This document shows, one piece after another, positions 30,884 to 40,882 of a DNA stretch of 64,000 nt (positions are counted from its first letter, which is position 1; each line of letters starts with the position of its first letter). The notes under the pieces are model-generated. The model was not told the DNA's origin, searched no databases, and saw only the letters and a list, made by a program, of their open reading frames with translations. The translations under genes were made by a program, and so were the position numbers. This DNA is from Candidatus Moranbacteria bacterium UBA1362 (GTDB lineage: Bacteria; Patescibacteriota; Minisyncoccia; Moranbacterales; GWC2-37-73), in NCBI GenBank assembly GCA_002306085.1, contig DBRS01000004.1, positions 8,133 to 72,132 on the forward strand, in the 5' to 3' direction.

Positions 30884-31822
30884 ATGAAAAAGATTGTCGA
30901 AGTTGCAGGCTTTTTGCTCTTACTGGTGTTGGTTTCATGCGGCGGCGGAAGCAGTCATGATGATGGTGGCGGAAATACGAAAGTTTTTCCCAGCGTAAAC
31001 ATAACGCAAGACGAGCTCGACAATGCCGTGGCAAAGCTGGAAGTTTTTTCCGACCACGGCGTGTTCTATCCAGCCATGGTGGGCGAATATATCGTCCATC
31101 TATCCGACGGTGAGCAGGAATGCTATGCCGACAAAAACGAGATCGCGGAGATTTACTGGAATGACGAGTTTGGTGGATTTCACGCGGTCGATCCTGAAAA
31201 GGGATTGAAGCTCGAATGGGACCCGGAAAATCCGGTGCTTGAAATTCCGGGAGAGATCGCATCATCGGGAGCCACCATCAGTTTTGTGCTGAATGACGGC
31301 AGGGAGCTTTCCATCATAACCGATGAGAAGTGGCTCGTTTTCGAATGTGAAGAAGGCATGTTCGCCAAAGTTACGGAAAACGGGCTCATATGCATCGGCT
31401 ATGACGATGGGATTGCTCCACCCCAGACATTACCGGAACTCACCAAGATCGAGATAAACACAGTGACCGGAACGATCCAAATCACTCCAGGTTTCCAGAA
31501 CGGAAAAATTTTCTACCTGGTTGATTCAAATCCGGTGGAAACTGTATGCGATTCTGACGGAAACATTACATCCGAATATGAAGTCGCATGGAACGATGTG
31601 TATTCCTGGTATCCCACTCGCGGGATTCTTGCTGATCTTGCGTTGCCGCAAACGTTGATTTTGAATGCGGCAAATGCAGCAGGATGCGGGGAGGGCATGC
31701 CTTACCTCGTAAGGCCTGATAGGTCATATGTCTCGTTCAACACTGAAAAATGCATTGTGTTTGTTGACGGAGTGGATGTAACCGCAACTGCCATAGGCAG
31801 CGACGGACTCATTCACTATTAA
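30884..31822 (+). CDS. Acidic orphan lipoprotein
   Basis: MKKIVEVAGFLLLLVLVSCGGG lipobox; GGGAGG SD. Confidence 0.82.
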   Translation: MKKIVEVAGFLLLLVLVSCGGGSSHDDGGGNTKVFPSVNITQDELDNAVAKLEVFSDHGVFYPAMVGEYIVHLSDGEQECYADKNEIAEIYWNDEFGGFHAVDPEKGLKLEWDPENPVLEIPGEIASSGATISFVLNDGRELSIITDEKWLVFECEEGMFAKVTENGLICIGYDDGIAPPQTLPELTKIEINTVTGTIQITPGFQNGKIFYLVDSNPVETVCDSDGNITSEYEVAWNDVYSWYPTRGILADLALPQTLILNAANAAGCGEGMPYLVRPDRSYVSFNTEKCIVFVDGVDVTATAIGSDGLIHY

Positions 31823-31827
31823 AATCG

Positions 31828-31863
31828 AAGGCGGGTTGTGCAAATTTGCGCAATCCGCCTTTT
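31828..31863 (+). terminator. Intrinsic terminator
   Basis: AAGGCGGGTTGTGCA-AATT-TGCGCAATCCGCCTTTT. Confidence 0.75.
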
Positions 31864-31942
31864 AAAATATTTAAGGCAGGGTATTGACAAAAATTGATTT
31901 TTGTACTAATATAACCTGTTAAGTATATAAATCGGTAACAAT

Positions 31943-32641
31943 ATGCAATTTAATCAGATTTTACCTTTAATAAGGCTCAAATTGGCCGGGATCATAATGT
32001 TCGGTCTGCTTGTTGCCGCTTTTTCTTTTCTTGCGCTTGTTGTGAAAGAAAAGAATTTCAAGGTTAATACGGCATATCTTATTGTCCAAAATCAGGGATT
32101 GAATGAAGATTATTACACTCTTTCCAAGTCTGCCGAATATGTCGGGAAAGTTCTTGGCGAAGGAATTTATAGCGAGCTGTTCATCGACGAGGTTTTGAAA
32201 ACAGGCAAAGTAAATCCTGAATTTTTGCCTTTCGACAAAAAAGAAAAAATGAAAGAGTGGGGCAAGAATGTTGAAGTTAGACGCAATCCGGATCTCGGAA
32301 TCATGAGCATTGAAGTTTTTGATAACGGACAGGGCCAGGCTCTTGCCGTCTCAAATGCCATAAGCGAGGTATTGATTTCAAAAAACAGTCAGTTTTTGGG
32401 AGAAGGGAAAAACATAAGCATCAAAATTATTTCAGGGCCGATTCTTGAAAAGAATCCGTCCATCGAAAACATTTCCGCAACAGTAATGGGAGGCTTTGTG
32501 TTGGGGATAATGTTCAGCGCTCTTTGGATAATATCCAAGGAAGAAAGGAGAATGAGAAGAATTTTTTCCGTGAATACTGCAAAACGCGCAGAAAACGATG
32601 GCGCCGAGGAATATATGGAAAGCTTGAATTATATCAAATAA
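31943..32641 (+). CDS. Wzz/CpsC-like polysaccharide chain-length determinant
   Basis: N- and C-terminal TM segments around an extracytoplasmic domain, Pro before the second TM; glycan gene context. Confidence 0.7.
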   Translation: MQFNQILPLIRLKLAGIIMFGLLVAAFSFLALVVKEKNFKVNTAYLIVQNQGLNEDYYTLSKSAEYVGKVLGEGIYSELFIDEVLKTGKVNPEFLPFDKKEKMKEWGKNVEVRRNPDLGIMSIEVFDNGQGQALAVSNAISEVLISKNSQFLGEGKNISIKIISGPILEKNPSIENISATVMGGFVLGIMFSALWIISKEERRMRRIFSVNTAKRAENDGAEEYMESLNYIK

Positions 32642-32810
32642 AATGCATATAATTGCAAGAAGTATTGTCAACAAAATAATCTTTCTTGAAATTAAATTAT
32701 TTTGGGTGTATCGGGAATTTTTGTCAGGCAAGAATTTCCGCATAGGCTCGAAATAGGTTCGGGTCAGTAGCTTGAAAAAATACGCGTAAGCGAGAGAGGG
32801 AGGAGATATC

Positions 32811-33602
32811 ATGAAGAGGATCATATCGATTTTGGCAACAACGGTCTTTCTGGCGGCGCTGTTTTCTGGAAGCGCCATGGCAACGGGTGAGGAATTGGTC
32901 ATTTCCGAGGAACAGGCTCAGCCCGCGAAGGTTTGGGGAAGTTTTCCCGAAGCCTCAATTTGGGCGGGAGCCTGGATAAATCCGAAAATGGACACTCAGG
33001 GGTTGTGGGCTACTGCAAAGTATCTGGAGTGGTTCACAAAGTATGAAAAACCCGAAAACTTCGGCATCGGTGCTAAAGTTCGCGGAGATTATGGATGGAA
33101 ATCTATGGATGGTTCTGATCCTAATTGGAGCTACTATGCTCCCGGTCCGTCTGTGGGCTATTACCGCGGACTGACTCTTCGCGATTCAATTGAAGCGGAT
33201 TTTTCATTGCTATATCGCTTCGACAAAAATCGTGATGACGGATTCATGCCGGATCTTCATGCGGAGTATAATCGGATTTTGGGCTACAAAAATCGGCTGA
33301 CACTCCAAGTGGATGCGGTTTACTTTGAAGACGATAGCTGGGTTGGTCCTGGTGCATATTTGCATCACAGACTGAATAAAGACTGGAAAGTAATTCCTGG
33401 TGTCGGAGCGAGTTTGAGCTGGATTGATGGAGACTATATCTCCGGATTCCAGCCGTCGCTCAAGTTCAAGTATCGCAACAAGTGGACAATCGGCGCAACA
33501 GCCAACCTGTTCACAGGAAACGGTTCGTTTTTTGGGATTGTCGCGGCGTATGAATTTACGCCCGACATAAACACATGGTACGAAACAAAGAAAGCTCGTT
33601 GA
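32811..33602 (+). CDS. Secreted orphan protein with beta-barrel-like alternating pattern
   Basis: Sec signal ending SAMA; many amphipathic Gly/aromatic strands; GGAGG SD. Confidence 0.7.
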   Translation: MKRIISILATTVFLAALFSGSAMATGEELVISEEQAQPAKVWGSFPEASIWAGAWINPKMDTQGLWATAKYLEWFTKYEKPENFGIGAKVRGDYGWKSMDGSDPNWSYYAPGPSVGYYRGLTLRDSIEADFSLLYRFDKNRDDGFMPDLHAEYNRILGYKNRLTLQVDAVYFEDDSWVGPGAYLHHRLNKDWKVIPGVGASLSWIDGDYISGFQPSLKFKYRNKWTIGATANLFTGNGSFFGIVAAYEFTPDINTWYETKKAR

Positions 33603-33622
33603 GAGCGCAAAAGGAGGTAGAA

Positions 33623-34699
33623 ATGAAAGCACTACGTTTATTGGTCCTGTGTTTCGTCGCAATCGCGCTTTCAACAAGCGCGATGGCATACACCGAACGG
33701 CTCACGTCGCCCGCAAGGGTTGACGCTGATCTGGTGGACGTGAATGGAAAGAAGTATATTCGCTTCACCTTCACACACACAAGCGCGGCTGATACGTGGC
33801 ACGATACACTTGTTTCTTTCTGTCCGGATCCGCTACGGGAAGGTTGTGATAACAACATTCCATTCAGCATAACAAAGATGGAATGCACAACCACCATGAT
33901 CTGGGACATTCCGCTCGAGGTTATCGCCGGAGGTCAGAGTGCTGTGAACTGGGCCTGTGATGAGGACTGGTTCAACACAAAATGGCTATTCCTTCCGGAT
34001 TGCAGAAACCTTACGGTAGGTCGGAATCTCATTTACTATAAGAGTCTTCCTGATCCGATGATTCCGAAGTCCGGCGGCATGCATCTTTTGTATGTCGGTC
34101 CGGGAGCGCCGTTTGTTCCCGCGTCTGATGATCCGAGATGGTTCAGGTGCGGAGGATATTGCGCTCCTTCTGCACCACCTATTGTGATTGCGCCTGTTGT
34201 TCCGGCGCCGGTACCTCCCGTGGTGAAGCCTGCAGAGCCTTGCAAAAAGCCGGCTTCGCCGAAGTCGATCTGCGACGAACCCTGCATACAGCAGATCAGT
34301 GAAGACACTTCGGCAACACGTGAATCAGTTGGTGTCATTGATAAGACTGAACCGGCTGATGAGCAAAAGTTGCAGCAGAAGGCCCGCAAGACTCTTGCAA
34401 TTTCCAAACGTGTGGAAACAAACACCAGTACTATTATTGACCAAAACAACCAGACTAATGACAAACTGGGGACGCCCAAGGGGGAAGGTCAAACGCTTTT
34501 CTCCGAGCTGGATGACGTTAAAGGGGGTGTAACCATTATACAGAATCAAGTGGATACAAAATTCAACGAGATAAAGGCTCAGGTATCCACAAGTTTCTGG
34601 GACAAATGGTGGTTGCTTATACTAGCCATAGCAGCTGCCATTATCATATTAGCCACGTGGGGGCTTACATGCTACTCTGGTGTACGCATAAAGGATTAG
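33623..34699 (+). CDS. Exported Cys-rich protein with Pro-rich linker, helical stalk and C-terminal TM anchor
   Basis: Signal ending SAMA; PVVPAPVPP linker; KWWLLILAIAAAIIILATWG; AAGGAGG SD. Confidence 0.78.
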   Translation: MKALRLLVLCFVAIALSTSAMAYTERLTSPARVDADLVDVNGKKYIRFTFTHTSAADTWHDTLVSFCPDPLREGCDNNIPFSITKMECTTTMIWDIPLEVIAGGQSAVNWACDEDWFNTKWLFLPDCRNLTVGRNLIYYKSLPDPMIPKSGGMHLLYVGPGAPFVPASDDPRWFRCGGYCAPSAPPIVIAPVVPAPVPPVVKPAEPCKKPASPKSICDEPCIQQISEDTSATRESVGVIDKTEPADEQKLQQKARKTLAISKRVETNTSTIIDQNNQTNDKLGTPKGEGQTLFSELDDVKGGVTIIQNQVDTKFNEIKAQVSTSFWDKWWLLILAIAAAIIILATWGLTCYSGVRIKD

Positions 34700-34720
34700 C
34701 GAAACGCGGCTAATTCAAGC

Positions 34721-34760
34721 AGACCCCGGGTTCTCGATCGTGAGAACTCCGGGGTCTTTA
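34721..34760 (+). terminator. Intrinsic terminator closing the two-gene islet
   Basis: AGACCCCGG-GTTCTC...GAGAAC-T-CCGGGGTCT followed by T-rich sequence. Confidence 0.75.
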
Positions 34761-34939
34761 CTTTTTTGCAAAAATATGCTATAATAGAAGGTTAGCATGA
34801 ATGAAAAGTATGATAGTTCATTTTGATATATTTTGGCTAAAATAAAGCATATTTTAAATAAAATACTTTTTGCTTGTTAATTTCCGATTGATTTTCGATT
34901 GGAAATTTATAATCGAAAATTTAAAAATGGTAGAAAATT

Positions 34940-36364
34940 ATGGAAAAGGAAAGCGGCAGAAAAATTTCTCAAGATCTTTTGTATGCAGGCATACTTGTTG
35001 CTTTTGCGGGTCTTTTCGTTTTGGCAAATTATTTTTCAGGATTCAGTTTGCCGCTTTATGTTGCAACAATGGCGGTTGCGGCAGTTCTTGCAATTTTTCT
35101 GCCTCGCGCGGGATTCTATGCGATAATTTTTCTTACGTTTATTTTTGAAAGATTTTTCACATTGGCACCGATAATGATAGGAAGAGATGAATACAAGATT
35201 TATCCGATCGACGTGATTTTGGGCGCTGTTCTTTTTGGAATGCTTGTGCAGGTGGCGATGGGGAAAATTAAATTGCGTTTCAAGAAGATTGATTGGTTAT
35301 TGGCGGCGTTTTTTCTGTTCGTGGGCATGTATTTTTTGGCAAGTATTTTTGCGGGCGGAGGAGAGTTCAGCTTGGCGTTCAGCACCGCAAAAAATTATCT
35401 TTTCTATCCGTTACTTTACTTTGTCGCATATCTCCTCATTAAACATGTAAACAATTTGAAGGATTTGGGGAAAGTTGTCATCGCGGGAGCTTTGGGAATC
35501 GTGTGGTTCATTGTTTTCGGTCTCGCCAACAGGCATGGTCTTTGGTCGGATTTTACTCCTCTTTCGACTGAAGGAGTAAGGACTCTTGCGTTTACCCATG
35601 CTTTCTATCTTTCCATGACTTTGATTTTTGCGTTGGCATATACGGCGTTGAAATCTGACAAGGTTTCAAAACTTCTTTTGATTGTGTCTCCAATTTGGAT
35701 TGTCGGAATCGTGGGCTCGATGATGAGACATCTTTGGATAAGTCTTTTTGTCGCAGCGGTTTCTATGATGTTTTTGCTTTCGCGCAACAGCAGAGAAATG
35801 CTCAAAAATTATGCGGGAAAATATTTGATTTTTGCGATCTTCGCATCAGCGATGCTTTTCTATGGGGCAACTCTTTTTCCGCGTTCTGCTACGTATGAAG
35901 CGCTTGAAAATTCTTTGGGAATTGTTCAAAACCGCGTGGTTTCCGTTGCCAACACATCCGGAGATGAAAGCATCCTTTGGAGAAGCGAAATTTGGAAACA
36001 AGCAACAAAACAATATCTTGAAAATCCCGTCTTAGGCATAGGATTCGGAAAACTCATTCCGGTGGAAATCGGAAAATATCATGATTTTGTCGAGGCAAGA
36101 AACATTCATAATTCATTTCTGGCGCTTTTGGTGCAGATGGGAATTTTCGGGATAGGTCTTGTCACGACGCTGACTGCGGTGCTTGCAGTAAAAGTTGCAA
36201 AGAAAAAATATTCGGACAAAGATGTGCAGATAGCCGCTTACTCATCGCTTGGAATATTGGCGCTTCAGGTTGTGGCGTTCATGTTCCAGCCGTATCTTGA
36301 AGCGAACCTGCTTGGAATATTTTTCTGGATAAATCTGGGAATATTGAGGCGATTGCATGAATAA
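34940..36364 (+). CDS. O-antigen ligase/Wzy-like polymerase
   Basis: About 12 TM segments; S..WR..IW, P.LGIGFG, HNSFL..LVQMG.FG motifs. Confidence 0.88.
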   Translation: MEKESGRKISQDLLYAGILVAFAGLFVLANYFSGFSLPLYVATMAVAAVLAIFLPRAGFYAIIFLTFIFERFFTLAPIMIGRDEYKIYPIDVILGAVLFGMLVQVAMGKIKLRFKKIDWLLAAFFLFVGMYFLASIFAGGGEFSLAFSTAKNYLFYPLLYFVAYLLIKHVNNLKDLGKVVIAGALGIVWFIVFGLANRHGLWSDFTPLSTEGVRTLAFTHAFYLSMTLIFALAYTALKSDKVSKLLLIVSPIWIVGIVGSMMRHLWISLFVAAVSMMFLLSRNSREMLKNYAGKYLIFAIFASAMLFYGATLFPRSATYEALENSLGIVQNRVVSVANTSGDESILWRSEIWKQATKQYLENPVLGIGFGKLIPVEIGKYHDFVEARNIHNSFLALLVQMGIFGIGLVTTLTAVLAVKVAKKKYSDKDVQIAAYSSLGILALQVVAFMFQPYLEANLLGIFFWINLGILRRLHE

Positions 36365-37602
36365 TGAAACCTATGAGAATTTTGGAAATCAACAAATTCT
36401 ATAACTCAAAAAGAGGTGCGGATAAACATTTTATTGATTTAATCGCGCTGCTTAAAGAAAACGGGCATGAGGTCGCTGAATTTTCAATGTTTCAAGAAGA
36501 CAATAATTATTCGCGGTGGAATAAATATTTTCTTTCCAAGGTCGGATATGGAAGCGGATTTTCGCTGTGGGAAAAAATAAAAGGGGCGGCAAGAATGTTT
36601 TATTCTTTTGAAGCAAAAAGGAAGATAAATGCTATTCTTGATGAATTCAAGCCTGATATCGTGCATATCCACAACATCTACCATCAGATATCGCCGGCAA
36701 TTCTTTTTGAAATAAAAAAACGCGGCATTCCCGTTGTGATGACCGTGCATGACTACAAACTGATTAATCCGAATCACAGCCTGTATCTTGACGGAAAGCC
36801 TTATCAAAGATGTGCAAACGGGAAATATTATCAGTGCTTTTTTGACAAATGCGTCAAGAATTCATACGCGAAAAGTTTTCTTGCGTCTTTGGAAATGTAT
36901 TGGCACCGCTGGCTTGGAACTTATGGGAAAAACATTGATCTTTATATCGCGCCCAGCAAGTTTGTTAAAACCACTCTTGTGAAATGGAATATTTCTGCTG
37001 AAAAAATAATTGTCTTGCCTCATTTTATCCCGTTTAGAAAAAAAGATAGCAAGAGATATTCATTCGCGGTGGCCGACAAGTACGCTATATATCCCGGAAA
37101 GATTTCCAAAGAAAAAGGCGTTGATGCGCTCATCCAAATTTTTCTCAAGCAAAAAGGTTTAAAGCTCTATCTTGCGGGAGAAATCGAAGACGGATTTGAG
37201 ATTCCAAACCATCCAAATATTGTTTATCTTGGCTTTCTGAAAGCTGATCAGTTGAAGGAGTATGTGCGCAATAGCGCATGCATTGTTTCCGGATCAAGGC
37301 TTCCTGAAACTTTCGGACTCATCGCGATAGAAGCGATGGTGGAAGGAAAACCGTTTTTGGGATTCGACTCGGGAGCTTACGGTGAAATTATTGAAAATGA
37401 GCTGACGGGTTATATTGCGAAAAGCGACGAAGAATTCGCCGAGTTTCTGAAAAAAATGGAAAACGGCAGTGTTATTTTTAACAGTGATGAAATAAAAAAA
37501 CACGTGAAAAAATACGATCCTGAAAATTACTGCAAAAATCTTATTCAAATATTTAAAAATATTATAGACGAAACAAATACCAAAAGAAAAAATATCTATT
37601 GA
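36364..37602 (+). CDS. GT4 glycosyltransferase
   Basis: INKF, HIHNIYHQISP, TVHDYKL, ETFGLIAIEAM motifs. Confidence 0.92.
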   Translation: MKPMRILEINKFYNSKRGADKHFIDLIALLKENGHEVAEFSMFQEDNNYSRWNKYFLSKVGYGSGFSLWEKIKGAARMFYSFEAKRKINAILDEFKPDIVHIHNIYHQISPAILFEIKKRGIPVVMTVHDYKLINPNHSLYLDGKPYQRCANGKYYQCFFDKCVKNSYAKSFLASLEMYWHRWLGTYGKNIDLYIAPSKFVKTTLVKWNISAEKIIVLPHFIPFRKKDSKRYSFAVADKYAIYPGKISKEKGVDALIQIFLKQKGLKLYLAGEIEDGFEIPNHPNIVYLGFLKADQLKEYVRNSACIVSGSRLPETFGLIAIEAMVEGKPFLGFDSGAYGEIIENELTGYIAKSDEEFAEFLKKMENGSVIFNSDEIKKHVKKYDPENYCKNLIQIFKNIIDETNTKRKNIY

Positions 37603-37659
37603 CAAAATCCAAAAAAATTGCTATTATATAAGGTTCTAAACAATTAATTTTTGAAAAAT

Positions 37660-38610
37660 ATGAAAAGCTTGAAAAATCGCTTATTCAGGGGAAAATTGGA
37701 GGTTATAGGAAGCCTTGTGCTTATAGCCCTCTTTGTTATTCCTTTGCTTTCTTTTGCGGGCGGCAGAAAAGACATCTATGTCAGCGCCAACGCAAAAGGT
37801 ATTGAAGATGGCTCTGCAAAACATCCTTATAGAACAATCTCTGAAGCTTTAGTGCATGCGGATAAGAAAACTGATGTACATGTGCTTAAAGGTTCCTATG
37901 AAGACAATATTGAAATTCCCAAGGGTGTAAGGATTTTCGGCAGCGGCTCTGACGATGTGACAATACGTTCAAGAAGCAGCAAAAAAGTTGTTGTCAGCAT
38001 GAAGGACGATACTGTCATAGACGGCGTTACCATTAAAAAGGGCAAGAACGGAATCTGGATTAAGGGCGACGCTGAAGTCTCAATTGTTGATTGTGTTATC
38101 CGCGATAATGAATCCGACGGGATAAAAATAGCCAAAGGTAGCACCAAGCACGACAAAGTAAGTATTACCAACAGCAGGATTGAAGATAACGGCAAAAGCG
38201 GAATTTATTCAGGCAAGAGAAGAATTGTTTTGATAAACAATGAAATCATTGGCAATGACAAAGACGGGATTGATCTCGCTGCTGGAGCAAGCGCCTGGAT
38301 GGAAAAGAATGAAATAAAGAAAAATGACAAGAGCGGAATCAAGCTCACTTTGGATAGAAGCGACATATGGATGAAAAATAATTCCATAAGAGACAATGAG
38401 AGAGAAGGGATTGAAATTAACGCTTATGGCGGGACAGGAAGGATTGATGTCAACAAAGCAAAAATAATTGGCAACGAAAATTTTGGTATCGCGAAAATAT
38501 CAAGAGCGGCATTTTCTCACAGCATTTGGAACGGATTAACCATTCATGACACCAAAATCATCGATGGAAATAAAAAAGGATCCATTTCCGCAGTAATATC
38601 TATATTTTAG
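37660..38610 (+). CDS. Exported right-handed parallel beta-helix (pectin lyase-like) protein
   Basis: N-terminal hydrophobic segment; IYVS..DGS..HPYRTISEAL; repeated I.DN..DGI.I turns. Confidence 0.85.
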   Translation: MKSLKNRLFRGKLEVIGSLVLIALFVIPLLSFAGGRKDIYVSANAKGIEDGSAKHPYRTISEALVHADKKTDVHVLKGSYEDNIEIPKGVRIFGSGSDDVTIRSRSSKKVVVSMKDDTVIDGVTIKKGKNGIWIKGDAEVSIVDCVIRDNESDGIKIAKGSTKHDKVSITNSRIEDNGKSGIYSGKRRIVLINNEIIGNDKDGIDLAAGASAWMEKNEIKKNDKSGIKLTLDRSDIWMKNNSIRDNEREGIEINAYGGTGRIDVNKAKIIGNENFGIAKISRAAFSHSIWNGLTIHDTKIIDGNKKGSISAVISIF

Positions 38611-38661
38611 GACAGTATCTTTAATCTGCTGATAAATTTCATTTTTGTCAGCAAGACCCTT

Positions 38662-39819
38662 ATGAAAATAGCATTTATCGGACAAAAAGGCATACCAGCA
38701 AAGTCGGGCGGTATCGAAAAGCATGCTGAAGAGATGTCGGCGAGGATGGCCAAAATGGGTCATGAGGTTTTTGTCTATGTCAGGAACAACTATACTTCCA
38801 AAAAAATGTCAAAATTTAAGGGAGTTAATCTTATTCATCTTCCCAGCATAGGTACGAAGCATCTTGATGCGATAAGTCATACTTTTTTTGCCAGCGTTCA
38901 TGCTTTGTTTTGCGGATATGACATTATTCATTATCACGGCATCGGACCGTCTCTTTTAAGCTGGATTCCGAAATATCTGACTTTCAGGACAAAAGTAGTG
39001 TCGACTTTCCACTGCCAGGATTATTTTCATCAAAAATGGGGATGGTTCGCGAGACTATCATTAAAAATCGGTGAATATATATCTTGCCATGTGCCGCACA
39101 AAACAATTGTCGTCAGCAAGTCGCTGGCTGAATATGTGAAAGAAAAATACAACCGTAACGCTTTCTATATACCCAATGGCGCAGACGTAAAAATATCCAA
39201 GAGAACCGACAAGATCAAGCAGTGGGAATTGAAAGAAAGAAAATATATCCTTTCACTGGGCCGGCTTATAAAGCACAAGGGTATACATTATCTTATAGAA
39301 GCGTTCAAACAACTTGAAGATACCGCAAAGACTCCAAACAATTTCAAGCTTGTGATAGTCGGAGATGGTTTTCATACTGACGACTATGTGCGTTATTTGC
39401 ACACCATTGCCTACGGTAGGGAAAATATCATATTTACCGGTGCGCAATCGGGAGAAACGGTGAGACAGTTGTTCTCGCACGCATATTTGTTTGTGCAACC
39501 TTCCGAATCCGAAGGGATGTCCTTGGCGCTTCTTGAAGCGATGGGATACGGCCTTGCGCCACTTGTCAGCGATATAAAAGAAAATGTTGAGGTTGTAGGA
39601 GAAGAGGGTGTAACATTTGCTTCGAAATCAGTGTCGGATCTTAAAAGCAAATTGGCGTATCTTTTGAGCCGTCCGGACGAAGTTGCAAAATTTGGAGAAA
39701 ATGCCAACAAAAGAGTCAGGGAAAAATACGGATGGGATTCGATTGCCCGCGAAACTCTTGAAGTTTACGAGGCAGCCATAATGAAAAACAATGAACACGT
39801 TGAAGCTAAAATTGGATAA
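38662..39819 (+). CDS. GT4 glycosyltransferase
   Basis: GQKGIPA..GGIEKH, EGMSLALLEAM motifs. Confidence 0.93.
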   Translation: MKIAFIGQKGIPAKSGGIEKHAEEMSARMAKMGHEVFVYVRNNYTSKKMSKFKGVNLIHLPSIGTKHLDAISHTFFASVHALFCGYDIIHYHGIGPSLLSWIPKYLTFRTKVVSTFHCQDYFHQKWGWFARLSLKIGEYISCHVPHKTIVVSKSLAEYVKEKYNRNAFYIPNGADVKISKRTDKIKQWELKERKYILSLGRLIKHKGIHYLIEAFKQLEDTAKTPNNFKLVIVGDGFHTDDYVRYLHTIAYGRENIIFTGAQSGETVRQLFSHAYLFVQPSESEGMSLALLEAMGYGLAPLVSDIKENVEVVGEEGVTFASKSVSDLKSKLAYLLSRPDEVAKFGENANKRVREKYGWDSIARETLEVYEAAIMKNNEHVEAKIG

Positions 39820-40858
39820 ATGCAGATTTTCTTTGCAATTTTTTGCCGTGGCAATCATATTGTCTGTCACATCTTTTGTTTTACTTGCGGATGTGTTCAA
39901 GAAAAGCACATCTAGCATTACCATTTTGGTGAATGCAAAATCATCGGCGGCAATAAAACAACAGCAGATAGTCAACAATCTTGTTGAAATTCCAAACCTT
40001 CTCTCTTTTTATGACAGAATGCTTGCGGAAAATCCCGACGTCAGGGATGTTGCACAAGGCAAAAGTCCTGACGAAAGGAAGGCTATGTGGAACAGTATGC
40101 TGGAAACGGAAACTGTAGATGGAGATTCCTCAATGATTCGCATATCAATAACTGCCAACAAGGGATCTGACGCGCAACAACTCGTGCAGAAAACAACAAG
40201 AACGCTTTTAAACTTGGCTGGCATGTATTATGACGTAAGAGACGAGCTTGATCTTAGAATCATTGAAGGGCCAATTACTCGTACCGTGCTACCGGCGTGG
40301 TACTGGGTTATATTGCTTAGTGTCACACTTGGAATTCTCGTGACATTTATTCTGCAATCAGTGTTGTTGTCAATGGGGAAGGTGTTTGATAAGAAGAGGG
40401 TTACCCTTCCCAAAAAAGAATATCTTAGCTTCACGAGAAACGGAAATTTTTCAAAAGAAAGCGGAATAAAATCGCTTGAAGAATTATACAAAATTGAAGA
40501 ATCTGAAAAATCCTTTTTCGAGGATGCAAAGAAAGCTGAACAACGCAAAGAGGATTTTCTGAAAGAGAAAGGGATTGCGAAGGAAGAACACGCTAAAAGA
40601 AACGAAGAGCAGTTTTTCAAAGAAACATATCCAAACTTTCCTGAAGCGGTGGGCAATGTGCAACAAAAGAAAGCGGAGGCCCCAAGCAATCTGCCGGTTG
40701 CCAAAGATGCCGGTTTGCCAAAAGGAATTGCAGAAGGAAAAGGAAGCAAAAAGGACGGATTTGTGGAAATCGGCGAAGAAAAGAAAACCAATGTCGAGCG
40801 CGAACCAACTGATGAAGAGATCAAAAAGAGGCTGAATCAGCTTTTGAGGGGCAAATAA
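39791..40858 (+). CDS. Wzz-like two-TM protein with charged disordered tail
   Basis: Same architecture as 31943..32641 (IIEGP before the second TM); tail ends EPTDEEIKKRLNQLLRG. Confidence 0.65.
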   Translation: MNTLKLKLDKCRFSLQFFAVAIILSVTSFVLLADVFKKSTSSITILVNAKSSAAIKQQQIVNNLVEIPNLLSFYDRMLAENPDVRDVAQGKSPDERKAMWNSMLETETVDGDSSMIRISITANKGSDAQQLVQKTTRTLLNLAGMYYDVRDELDLRIIEGPITRTVLPAWYWVILLSVTLGILVTFILQSVLLSMGKVFDKKRVTLPKKEYLSFTRNGNFSKESGIKSLEELYKIEESEKSFFEDAKKAEQRKEDFLKEKGIAKEEHAKRNEEQFFKETYPNFPEAVGNVQQKKAEAPSNLPVAKDAGLPKGIAEGKGSKKDGFVEIGEEKKTNVEREPTDEEIKKRLNQLLRGK

Positions 40859-40882
40859 CTTTTAATTGTTAGAAGACCTGCG

